Source of the DNA: Octopus bimaculoides
Taxonomy: Eukaryota
Assembly: GCF_001194135.2 (NCBI RefSeq)
Contig: NC_068997.1
Location: 28,164,861-28,202,174, forward strand
Direction: 5' to 3'
DNA: 37,314 nucleotides
Positions within the stretch are counted from its first letter, which is position 1; every line of letters begins with the position of its first letter. A program made the position numbers and the translations under genes. Below, piece after piece: positions 1-10,146 of this stretch. The notes beneath the pieces are model-generated. The model was not told the origin of the DNA. It was given only the letters and a program-made list of their open reading frames with translations, and ran no database searches.

Positions 1-325
1 AAAGTATCTGTCACTACAGTATCGAAATGTGATTGTTTCAGTTAGTGGAATAGTTTCATTTTTAAAGTGAAAGTATTTGACATGAGTGTTTTTGTTTCAC
101 TTTTGACACGTAATACTTAAATAGTGGAGGAGATATTATGTTGCCGTGTGCTCGAACTCTGCAAGAAGTTAATAATTTTTTTTGACTAAAACACAACTGG
201 AACCCTAAGTAAGGCATGTGTAAAATTTGAATGAAATTGGTTGCGTAGTTCTCGAGTTTTAGAGATTCACACAGACAGACAGACAGACAGACACACACAC
301 ACATTCTCATTTTTATATATAGAGA
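1..325 (-). mobile_element. Non-autonomous Helitron-like element (Lep1/HINE-like architecture) carrying a (GACA)n/(CA)n microsatellite; runs off the window edge
   Basis: On the minus strand it starts A|TCTCTATATATAAAA, a Helitron-type 5' TC end after an A. This is followed by (TG)n(TCTG)n and a block that reads AAATTTGAATGAAATTGGTTGCGTAGTT on the plus strand, resembling Lep1-type elements. Family assignment is from memory. Confidence 0.5.
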
Positions 326-721
326 TGTCTAAGACTGGGTGCTAGGTGGATGACAAACACAAACTGTTCTCTCCCTGCCTATTTTGTGGATTGCCTTTAG
401 TAATGTTTGAAAATGTGTCAGCTTCCCAAATCAGTTCTATATTAGTAAAATATCATCACAGCAGCAGTGTTGTTTTAACATCTTTTTCATGTTTTCATAG
501 GCTGGACAAAATTTACTAAGGTAGATTTTTTACAGCCAGATTCTCTTCTTGTTATCAATACTTGCCTGTTTCCTAGAAAGGGGATATTTCCTCAAGTCCT
601 TCAAACACAAGCTGGATAATGACTGAACTTATATTTAGAGAAGATTGCAAACAAATGTCATTGTTCAATGGTGAGGTTTCCTTGTAACTATTATACAATG
701 GTCAATACAAGATATCATGAG

Positions 722-830
722 CACACACACAGTGGGTTTCTTTCTATCAAATCCACTTATAAGGTTTTGCTCAGCAAGTGGCTTTTTATTTTTTATTAAA
801 GCTACACAGTGGGACTGAACCCAAAACCAC
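722..830 (-). mobile_element. Fragment of tRNA-derived SINE family A (head module)
   Basis: Reverse complement GTGGTTTTGGGTTCAGTCCCACTGTGT...GTGGATTTGATAGA matches the family A heads at 22950 and 29100. Confidence 0.65.
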
Positions 831-1030
831 ATTCAAAGTAGAGGCCATTGTGTTGCACCATCTGAAGCCAGCTTTCTGCTAGTTTTTTTTTTATCCCAAG
901 CTGATACCAGTTCTTGCTCTTTGAAGTGAAGAACTCCTTCACTGAAACTTCCTCTTCCCCTTGGTTGATGAAGTAACAAGAGTACAGGAAGTAAGCCATG
1001 GATTGGAACAAGCAATAATTCAAGAGGGAT
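831..1030 (-). mobile_element. Mariner transposase C-terminal fragment (decayed)
   Basis: Translates to YCLFQSMAYFL...EVSVKEFFTSKSKNWYQLGI..KLAESWLQMVQHNGLYFE, a typical mariner C-terminus, and is homologous to 1395-1575 on the plus strand. Confidence 0.85.
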
Positions 1031-1650
1031 ATTTTTTCACAATCCTAATCTGTATAAGCAGTGGTTAAGTAAAGGCCAGCTTTCAGAACCTATCACCAAA
1101 CATGGATGTTTCAAACACAAGATGATGTTATGCATCTGGTGGAATTATGAGGGGGTAATTTACTACACATTCATTCCAGACAGTCAAACCATCCATGCCA
1201 ACCTGTACTCCGAAAAGCTGGAGCAGATGTATGTCATTGTGCAGCAAAAATACCCAGCACTGGTTAACAGAAAGTGAGCACTTCTGCAGTAAAACGACGC
1301 AAGATCTCATACCACTCAAGCAACTTGGAATAAACTCCAGGAACTTGAGGGAATTGAAATGATGCCACATCCAGCATATAATCCAGGCCTAGCTCCCTCG
1401 GATTATTACTTATTCTGCTCCATGGCTCACTTCCTGCACTCAGGACACTTTCTCAACCAAGAGGAGGTGGAAGCTGCAGTGAAGGAGTCTTTTTTCTTCA
1501 AAGGACAAGATCTAGTAGAACTGGTGAAAAGATGGCTCCAGATGTTGCAACATGATGGCCTCTGCCTTGAATGCTAGGTTGCTTTTGTCATAACTTGAAT
1601 AAAGCAAATAAGTTATCAATATATTACAAAACTTTGGATTCAACACAATA
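1031..1650 (+). mobile_element. Mariner (DD34D) transposon 3' half; transposase pseudogene with in-frame stops
   Basis: One frame reads KMMLCIWWNYEGVIYY...KYPALVNRK*ALLQ*NDARSHT...HPAYNPGLAPSDYYLFCSMAHF. These match the mariner motifs MLCVWWD.GVIYY, HDNARPH and HPPYSPDLAPSDY. The element ends in a TIR-like GGATTCAACACAATA. Confidence 0.9.
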
Positions 1651-2074
1651 AGAGAAGTAAACAAAAAAAACTGGTGAGGAAAAAAAATAAAATAATCACT
1701 AATAATAATTACTGCTGTTACTACTAGTTTTACTAGTAATAACAGTAAAATAGATTTAAACTAGTTACTAGTAGTTTTAATCTATTTTACAACTAATCTC
1801 ATAGAGTATTGATATAATCAATCCAATACATGACTAATACTACCTTTTTAGAACCAGCATCAATGGAAGGTAAATGCAAATACAGAGGGTGAACACAGAA
1901 CATAAATATTACAAGTCATTCCGATCTGGCATTCTACTAATATTCTAATATTGCTAATATTCAACTACTCACTGATAATAGTAATGGTTTCTAACATAAC
2001 TGGCTCAAGCTTACAAATTTTAGAGGATACATTAGTAATTTCGTTTTTTGCAAGTAGAGTTAAGATTTTTTTGC

Positions 2075-2182
2075 CAGATCAGACTGGAGCCTGGTGCAGC
2101 CTTCTGGCTTGCCAGTCCTCAGTCAAATCGTCCAACCCATGCTAGCATGGAAGGTGGATGTTAAATGATGATGATGATGATG
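2075..2182 (+). mobile_element. RTE-type 3' tail (family C) ending in (GAT)n
   Basis: CCAACCCATGCTAGCATGGAAGGTGGATGTTAAATGATGATGATG; the same tail recurs at 2985, 4075, 5635, 5737, 22370 and 31715. Confidence 0.75.
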
Positions 2183-2305
2183 TCATTCTAAAAATAATCA
2201 CATCATTGAGATCTTGAAGCTATGAGATAAAGCAAGATTAATTTGAGACAATGCGAATAAATAAGGATTACATTTGACAGAATAATCTGAATGCGAAAGG
2301 GTTAA
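2181..2305 (-). mobile_element. Half of a TTAA-flanked MITE (piggyBac-like ends)
   Basis: Ends in GAATGCGAAAGGGTTAA. Its reverse complement aligns with 17812-17930 (TCAATGATGTGATT..TTTTAGAATGACA). Confidence 0.6.
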
Positions 2306-2984
2306 ACCGGTTTGAGGCTGGTCAGCTTTCTAAATATAAAAGAAAAGTTAAAAAAAAAAAAAAAAATACAACAAATCCGTATATATAATTGGAAGTAAAA
2401 AATATCTATAGGATTGTGAAATATTTTACAGTATGAGTCATAGCTTGAGTTTGAAAATAAACTTCAACAATTCACAATCTAGGTCAGACAGTGATACAGA
2501 TCAAAGTTTAGTGTTTAATATTTAGAACAAACATTAATTATACTTTCAGTTAACACATAAAATTTGTATATTCAGTGAGATACTGGATTTATAAAATTAA
2601 AATTAATTCACCAATATAATTTAGGAATTCTATCAGGAGAAAATGTATAAACATTTACGAATGGAATTTCCAACATGACCCAAAAAAACTTGCATAAGTA
2701 TAAGGTGTGTTTTAAATGTTTTCCCAATTACTTACAAGTGATCATGGAATTATTTAATTATTATGTAAACAATTTATAGGAGTAGGAAAACAAAACAAAA
2801 AATCTTATACAATAAGCCTATTATAATACACAGATGGAGAGGTGCAGCTTATATGCAAGAAGACAATATTATCTTTCAGGAAAGAAGTAATTACTTTCAA
2901 CACACAAATGTAATGTGCATTCATTCTATTCATAAAAGTGACGAAACTTGTCTATTTACAGATCAGTTAAAATTTAGACATCAT

Positions 2985-3660
2985 CATTTTACCATTTTTC
3001 ATGCTGACATGAGTTGGACAGTTTTACAGGAGCTGGCAAAGCCAAAGTGTTGCATCAGGTTCCAGTGTCTGCTTTGGTATGGTTTCTATAATTGGATGCC
3101 TTTCCTAACACACCAACCACTTTACAGAGTGTACTGGGTGCTTTTATGTGGCACCAGCACAGGTAGAGTTGTCAAGTAACTTGCAAGACAAAGACCCTTG
3201 GCTGGGAGAGGAAGTGGTACTGAGGGAAGTGGCTTTGTGCCAGCTGAGAGGTTAGATTATAACAGAGGGATAGAGGTAGGTGTCTTATTATAGAAGAAAT
3301 ACTTGGCTAATCTAGCAGGAAAATAGAGGAGAAGAAGGGGACAGACAGATAGAGACAGAAAGAGAGAAATAAAAGGTGTTGGAGATGCACCAGGACCTAC
3401 CCACAAGGTACAGTAGGGAATATAAATGGACAGAGAGGGATGTTGCATGAGAGTGTGAGGGGATACATTTAGAGATAGGGAAGAGGTGACTGAAGCCAAT
3501 TGATGATGAGAGAAATTAGTGGGGCTGGGGATGGTTGATAATGTAGATATATAAAGGCATCGAGAGTATGCAGGTAGGAACATGAGGGATAGTGGAGGGG
3601 CCTGCAGTGAGCGGTGGGAAGGGGGTGTTGGAGAGAGGGGTTGTGGAGAAATTTTGACAG
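2985..3660 (-). mobile_element. RTE LINE 3' UTR remnant (polypyrimidine tract plus family C tail)
   Basis: Tail motif GGATGCCTTTCCTAAC...GTACTGGGTGCTTTTATGTGGCACCAGCAC. The adjoining plus-strand purine-rich tract mirrors the pyrimidine-rich UTR at 19150-19720. Confidence 0.65.
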
Positions 3661-3871
3661 AGGACAAATTATACAAATGAAATTTCCAAAACAAACCAAA
3701 GAGCTTGTATAAGATATATTTAAAATATTTTCCCAACTACTTACAAGCAATCATAGAACTATTCAGTTATTATGCAAACAAATTATGAGAAGTAAAAAAA
3801 AAAAATCCTATACAATACGCCTTTTATTATCATACATTATATTAGTCAAACTGGTGTTCTCATCTTGATTA

Positions 3872-4030
3872 TTGTTTTCTCTAGGTTTCAGCTGTTGTAA
3901 ACTCCAGCCTTCTTTAGGTGTCTTGCATTGAACTCGGTTATTGCACCATTATTTGCAACAACAACCAAACTCAATGCAAGACACCAGAAGAAAGCTGGAG
4001 TGTACAATAGTTGAAACATAGCGAAAGCAA
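3872..4030. repeat. Foldback inverted repeat whose arms are degenerate hammerhead-like cores (probable Penelope-like element relic)
   Basis: Arms 3881-3931 and 3971-4021 are reverse complements with 7 differences in 51 nt. Plus arm: CAGAAGA-A-AGCTG-loop-TAGTT-GAAAC. Minus arm: CTAAAGA-A-GGCTG-loop-CAGCT-GAAAC. Confidence 0.75.
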
Positions 4031-4639
4031 CGACCAACAGGAAACCAGTCAGACTAATATAAATGGTATACATAATATCCAACCCATGCCAGCATGGAAA
4101 ATGGATGTTAAATGATATGCAGACAAGCCAAGAGCTCAGCAAGCATATTAGCTGTTTTTGTTATTTCTTAATTAAATAATAACCATGTTTAACAATTGGG
4201 ATATCTGCAAAATCAACATGGTGTACAATGCAAATGATGTTTAAAAGAAGGTTCATATGGGACAACAACACATGTTTACTTCCATATGTTATTTAAATGA
4301 CTGTTTTTCAAGTTTTATATTTATTTATGCCAGCAAAGGTACAAGGAAATACAAAAAAAAAACTGAGATAAGATATTAAATAATTATTTATAGAAGAAGG
4401 TATAAATGGCTGATGATAGGAAGGACATTCACTGATAGAAAGAATGCTAAAAATGGAACATATGAGCAGCATGTCATAGAATCTGCTAGCCATGTCACCG
4501 GCTATCCATCTGGGAAAAACAGTAACTGAATAGGAACTATAGACCCTTTAGTTCTCCTCACATGGGACAGCCACTCAAGCACCAGCAAAGAAAAACTGAC
4601 ATATGACAATAATTGATAATCTTTTCTATTATAGCACAA

Positions 4640-4825
4640 GGTCTGAAATTTGGGAGCAGGGTAGACAATTACATTGACCCCAGTATCCAACTGGTACTTA
4701 TTTCATTGGCCCTCAAAGGATGAAAGGCAAAGCCAGCCTTGGCGAGATTTGAACTCAGAATGTAAAGACAGACAAAAAGTTGCTGAGCATTTTTTTTCTG
4801 TGTTGCTAAGGTTCAGCCAACTCAT
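4640..4825 (-). mobile_element. tRNA-derived SINE family B, CpG-decayed copy
   Basis: AAAGGATGAAAGGCAAAG...GATTTGAACTCAGAA core shared with 9175-9280 and 24770-24850. The core resembles the Meta-domain as I recall it. Confidence 0.75.
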
Positions 4826-4849
4826 TGCTTTGACATATGAAGATAAAGA

Positions 4850-5208
4850 TATATACATACATACATACACAAATAAATATACACACACAAACTTGCATAC
4901 ATACATATACACATAAATACACATAATATATACACACACACATGCATTCATACACACAAATATACACACATATACATAGACACGCATACATAAATATACA
5001 TACACACATGCATACATATACACAAATATATACACACACATGTATACATATACATAAATGCACATGCATACATGCATATACACCAATATACACACACAAA
5101 TATACACATACACATATACATACACACACATGCACTCATACATCAACATATATGAACACATACACATGCACACATTCATATTCACATATACACACATCCA
5201 CATTTTCT
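4850..5208. repeat. Compound (CA)/(TA)/(CATA) low-complexity tract
   Basis: Directly visible; it generates the spurious Y/V/C/M and H/T/I ORFs in the ORF track. Confidence 0.95.
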
Positions 5209-5308
5209 TTATTTAGTGACTAAAAGCAAAACTTCCAATGAAGAATCTGTATGATTTTGGAAAGAGTTTTGGGCAACATAAAAATAGTTGATTAGTTTTT
5301 ATACTTAC

Positions 5309-5427
5309 AGGAATTGGTTTGTTTCCCAGAAAGTTTAAATCTTGATTTTCACCAAACAAGTAAGCTTCTGGTTGAGTCATATCAAACCTCTCACCACCCA
5401 TTATAAAGTGGCTGCTAAAATAGCTAC
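5309..5427 (-). CDS. MGRN1: Mahogunin RING E3 ligase (MGRN1/RNF157 co-ortholog), coding exon 2, 119 nt
   Basis: Acceptor TTTCAG at 5428-5433 and donor GTAAGT at 5308-5303. Encodes (G)SYFSSHFIMGGERFDMTQPEAYLFGENQDLNFLGNKPIP, versus human GNYFASHFFMGGEKFDTPHPEGYLFGENMDLNFLGSRP. The phase fits exon 1 (88+119=207 nt). Confidence 0.96.
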
Positions 5428-5631
5428 CTGAAAGTGGAATAATTACAAAGCCTTTCTTAGAATATCTTATAACATTGAGAAATATACAAACTGAAAGATG
5501 AAGTAAAAAAAAAAGAAAAAAAAAACTAAACCTCAGTGACTTTGAGGTTATGGCTGTGGTTCTCAGATAATTCTAGGGTTTACTGGTAAGCCACAATGTG
5601 TATCCAGATGTACTGCATCATCATAATCAAT

Positions 5632-5890
5632 GAATGTCTGTTTTCCATGCTGGCATGGGTTTGATGGTTTGACAGGAGCTGGAAAGCCAGGGCATTGCAC
5701 CAAGCTCTGCTGTCTACCTTGGCATGGTTTCTATTGCATCATCATCATTTAACATCTGCTTTCCATGCTGGCATATGTTGGACGGTTTGAGTGAGGACTG
5801 GCAAGCTAATGGGCTGCACAAGGCTCCAATCCGATCTGACAATGTTTCTACAGCTGGATGCTCTTCCTAATGCCAACCACTCCGAGAAGC
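5632..5890 (-). mobile_element. Two tandem family C (RTE-type) tails
   Basis: TTCCATGCTGGCAT occurs at about 5643 and 5761. The second copy has (CAT)n and GGATGCTCTTCCTAATGCCAACCAC. Confidence 0.75.
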
Positions 5891-6059
5891 TACCCTTACA
5901 TCTGGCAACAATTTCTGCGACACAAACGGAATATTTTTTCCGCTGAATCCATTTTGTGCCAAAGGTCAGTCGACAAAAAAAACAAGAGTACAAATTTTTG
6001 TTACAAATGTTTTCCATTCTAGAGTTTTTCTTTTTGACCTTTCTATCTCACCCCTGAAA

Positions 6060-6440
6060 GACTTAAACCATTGCAAGTCAGCACCAGCAGGAAAGACATG
6101 AGCAGAGAAAAATTCCAAAGTGCAGATGTTCTTGGGAGAAAGAACTGGGCATAATGGTTAGAGCAATGCTAAGGGGATGAACATACCAAAAGTGACATAA
6201 TGCAGAAAGACAAGTGAGGTGGGGTACCTGGGTGGCAGGGATACAAAAGCAGACAGCTCTGAAGAACAGACACCACTACAGAATTGACTAAAAAGCTACA
6301 GAAGAAACAGAACACTTAAGGATCAAAGGATGAAGCATGTCAGTTAGTGATTTGATAGCAATTAGTCAATTGGCCCTTCTCTGGATGCAGCAAGGGATGC
6401 CTGTATGTGAAGCAATGCCCAAAATGTAGAAACAATCCTC
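6060..6440 (-). mobile_element. CR1/L2/Jockey-type LINE ORF2 C-terminal remnant
   Basis: Minus strand 6180-6060 reads HCSNHYAQFFLPRTSALWN, then after a frameshift SAHVFPAGADLQWFKS. This matches the LINE motif SFFPRT..LWNSLP..VFP...DL..FK. Confidence 0.6.
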
Positions 6441-6624
6441 CACTCTTTCTCACACGTGATCGTTAGTTGTTGGTGCCCAAATTATTTTCTAGCCATGAAA
6501 AGGGGGTATCGTAAAACAGGCTAACATTCCATTACGTTTTAAAATCAACATACACTGACTAATTAATTAAATGTTCTATTTTTCATTACATAACAAATTT
6601 GAACTTCACTGGTTAAGTGGTATC

Positions 6625-6950
6625 ATTTACTTGTTTGTCATTAGACTGCAGCCATTCTGGGGCACCACCTAGAAGGATGTTAATCAAATAAATTGACCCT
6701 AGTACTTATTTTGTTTTTAAAGTCTGGTACTTTTTCTATCAGTCTCTTTTCCTGAAGTGCTAAGTTACAGGAACATAAATACACCAACGTCAATTGTCAA
6801 ATGATGATGGGGAACAAAGACAGACGCATACACAACGGGCTGCTTTCAATTTCCATCTACCAAATTCACTCACAAAAGCTTTTGTCAATCAGAAGCTATA
6901 GTAGAAGACACCCAAGGTGCCATGTGGTGGAAGTGAACTAGCTGTGCCTG
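6625..6950 (-). mobile_element. SINE family A, near full length
   Basis: Tail module (CAGCCATTCTGGGGCACC...GCTAAGTTACAGGAACATAAATACACCAAC) plus head module (TTCCATCTACCAAATTCACTCAC...CTATAGTAGAAGACAC). Confidence 0.75.
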
Positions 6951-7091
6951 CATCTATGCACTGCCTGCCTGATAATTTAATGTAGTTAAACATGTTTACT
7001 TCCAAATGTTTGTAAAGTACATGTTTTGAATGAGATAACTGACACAGAAAAAGAGAAGTTACAAATGCAATATTCATAAAAACTAGGTTTG

Positions 7092-7345
7092 CATATACAC
7101 AAATATATACACACACATGTATACATATACATAAATGCACATGCATACATGCATATACACCAATATACACACACAAATATACACATACACATATACATAC
7201 ACACACATGCACTCATACATCAACATATATGAACACATACACATGCACACATTCATATTCACATATACACACATCCACATTTTCTTTATTTAGTGACTAA
7301 AAGCAAAACTTCCAATGAAGAATCTGTATGATTTTGGAAAGAGTT
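7092..7345 (+). repeat. 254-bp copy of 5015-5268 (direct duplication, offset 2077 bp)
   Basis: Appears base-identical from CATATACACAAAT to GGAAAGAGTT; the ORF-track translations of the two copies are identical over the shared span. Confidence 0.95.
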
Positions 7346-8419
7346 CATATGGGAGTTATTGTTGAGATAGTACTGTACGTATATATTTGAAAAGTCTGCA
7401 GCATAACTCATACATTCAAATTCTTAAGAAACCAACATATGTAGTAACCAAGCAGAATAGAGACACAGAAAATTGATATCTGGATCAACTGAAACAGGTT
7501 CTGTATGAAGACTAGCTGAAAGAAGAGGAGAAAGTGATTTTTTGCTGAATTCTTTCAACGAGAGACACTGGACAACCTTGAGATGGCTGAGAGACACTGT
7601 TCTCTCTTCAGTTCAATAAACCAGTGAATAACTAACTTCACGATGTTGCATAAAGGGCCACTACACTTTCGTCAATCAGAAATTTACAACTGTTCCTGAT
7701 TTTACCAGGTGTTAGTGGCATGAGTATGAATAATGTGAAATAGTTCGAAAAAGGAATTAAAAAACATGTTTCTGGCAGTTCAGAATTCTTCCAAAATAAC
7801 GTTCCTTTTTTAATAAGAGGAAATTTGATGTTTTGAAGCTCGTGCCTATTGATGTAATGACTCAAAATATGATTTTGGACACGATTTTCTTAAGTATTGA
7901 CAAAGTTGTAAAATTTTCGATATTTGCTTTTTTCAATAAAATCAACTTTGAAAGTGGTGCGAGAAAACCTTGGAATCAAAACGTACTGCGGGTATGACCA
8001 GCTGAAAGTCTATGGCCGATCACGACATCGATATAAATTATTTTCTTTCGACCGATGCACACACAATTTTATAAGGAAGAAAGTACAACCGAATGAACCG
8101 ACCCTAATATACAAGTAGAATTATTTCCTCGACAAGAAAGGCAAAAACGGCTTTGAGGAGATGGTGGACAAACCTAAAAGAATTACAGTAAACCTTCGTA
8201 ATTTTCTCGAGAATTTTAGAGGCAGAATTAAAAGGAAACAAAACTGTGATACACACGCCCTTTTTCTTTTTTTTTTTTTTTACCAAAGGTTACTTGTATG
8301 GGAAATGAAACGGCTTTAATCGAAAACAGAAACGGAGCCTTGCCTTTGAGGCTCATCAGGATCTGTCCTCTTACATCGAACGTCATTTACAAACCCTGAA
8401 AATGTTAATCCGATTTCTC

Positions 8420-8429
8420 NNNNNNNNNN
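8420..8429. other. Assembly gap (10 N), followed by a G run
   Basis: N characters in the sequence. Confidence 1.
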
Positions 8430-9109
8430 GGGGGGGGGGGTTATAATTAGTTAAACAACTGTAGTATATTACCAATATTTATTTCATCAACCAATACTCC
8501 CCCACCCCCGAGACTTCAGGAATGGAAGCCGAAGTTGATCCTAACGGAATTTCAAAACGTGGGATATCGAACAAGATATATTTAAAGACTAATTTCCGGT
8601 GAATCGGAAATTCCCGTGTACAATTTAGTTTATTACCGATCAATTCGACAGAGAAACGAACATGATACTATAATGTGAAGATGCTACTGATCTGATTTAA
8701 GAAGAAAGGTAAATTCATGTTTAAAATGTTCAGACAAGGTATGAAGAACTGTTACTTTGACCCTGGTAATTAAACAATCTTTAATAAGGATCAAGAAGAA
8801 AATCATGATGATACGGATTGATTGCAATAGCTTGCACAAAGCCACATTTATTTTGTCGATGGAATCTACCTCCTCAGTACATGACTGTTAGATTGGGACT
8901 AGATACAGTAAGAAGTTTGTCTGGCCCCAGTTCAGCATACTTATGATCAAAGACCGTCCAGTTTTATTTATGTATGTGTGTGTGTATTAAGGACTATATT
9001 GTTCAATATTTAATTCTTGTTTAAAGATGTTACGATGTAACTTGAAAGAATCTGACTATTGCTTCTAACAGATCGAGCGAACACGTAAACTTCCTCGTTG
9101 GCTCTTGCC

Positions 9110-9424
9110 ACAAGGGCAGCCATTTTGGGGGAGGGTACTAGTCGATTACATCGACTCCAGTGTTTCACTGGTACTTAACTTATCGACCCCGAAAGGATGA
9201 AAGGCAAAGTCGGCGGAATCTGAACTCAGAACGTAGAGACGGACGAAATACCGCTAAGCATTTAGCCCGGCGTGCTAACGGGCTTAGGCACAAGACCTGA
9301 TATTTCCGGGGAGGAGGCCTAGCCGATTACCTGTAACCCCAGTGCTCAACTGGTACTTATTTTACCGACCCCGAAAGGAGGAAAGCAAAGTCAACCTCGG
9401 CAGCATTTGAACTAAGAATACGAC
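9110..9424 (-). mobile_element. Two tandem SINE family B copies with intact CpGs
   Basis: ATCGACCCCGAAAGGATGAAAGGCAAAGTCGG...GAACTCAGAACG at 9181 and ACCGACCCCGAAAGGAGGAAAGCAAAGTCAACCTCGG at 9364. Confidence 0.8.
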
Positions 9425-10058
9425 ATTTCATGAGGCTTATGACAAAGCAACAACAACCACCCACAAGTAGCTTCGCTCCATTGTGTTGTTGAGAATTGTC
9501 AAACATTGTCAATGGCCAACTTCACTTTATAATAATAATGATTATAAAATATTCAAACGATACATTTTTCACAAGTTTTGTTTTATTAACCCTACAAAAT
9601 AAAACATTTTTGTTACAATTGCTAAACTCATGCAGATTAGACAAGCATCGTTTAATTAATTCTCATTCAGTTTAAGAAGTTGTCAAAAGACAAAAAATCG
9701 GAGGCGATCGACGAAGAGATTGTCTGCTGCAGAAAGAAATGAAACGTAAATCGTTACTTTGACTCATTTAAGATATTTATAAAGAATACATTTATATGGG
9801 TTTGTGGTGTATAAAAGATATCCGTTGAAAAATCGATTCCAAAGTACAGAAAACATAATTTGGTGATGTCTTGAGAATCAAAGAAATTCGTTAATCAAAA
9901 CTTCGGTAAACATTTTTGTTGATAGCTTTCTTAAAAGAAAAGTGGAAATAAAAGAAAACAAGGAGCATGTAACGAGTAATTATTGAAGTTGAATGAATTT
10001 GGATAAAGTGGGGGAATTAAATAAACGAAAAGAGAAAAGATTGTCAAGAATAACGAAC

Positions 10059-10146
10059 CTGATTTGGGAGGATATCTGTAGGCATTGTTATTACCATAAT
10101 CCACAACATCGGAGCCTGCATTTCTTCTGCTAACGAGCGAACCCAT
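10059..10146 (-). CDS. MGRN1: Mahogunin RING E3 ligase (MGRN1/RNF157 co-ortholog), coding exon 1, 88 nt; N-myristoylation-type start MGxxxS
   Basis: MGSLVSRRNAGSDVVDYGNNNAYRYPPKS(G), versus human MGSILSRRIAGVEDIDIQANSAYRYPPKSG. Donor CAG|GTTCGT at 10058. Confidence 0.95.

Noticed and set aside
500-670. AG...GT bounded segment on the plus strand resembling an exon
   Set aside because: All three frames contain stops, and it is antisense to MGRN1.
4703-5223. Long ORFs rich in Y/V/C/M or H/T/I (also 6889-7280 and 25025-25240)
   Set aside because: They are translations of CA/TA microsatellites with no protein-like composition.
1-5308. MGRN1 exon 3 (expected FPY...TKTLKSL.NIRKDSLR)
   Set aside because: Not found on the minus strand; it presumably lies beyond the left edge of the window.
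8325-8362. CTGATGA plus a GAGCC/GGCTC hairpin on the minus strand, resembling a hammerhead
   Set aside because: The GAAAC lies on the opposite strand, so the core cannot form.
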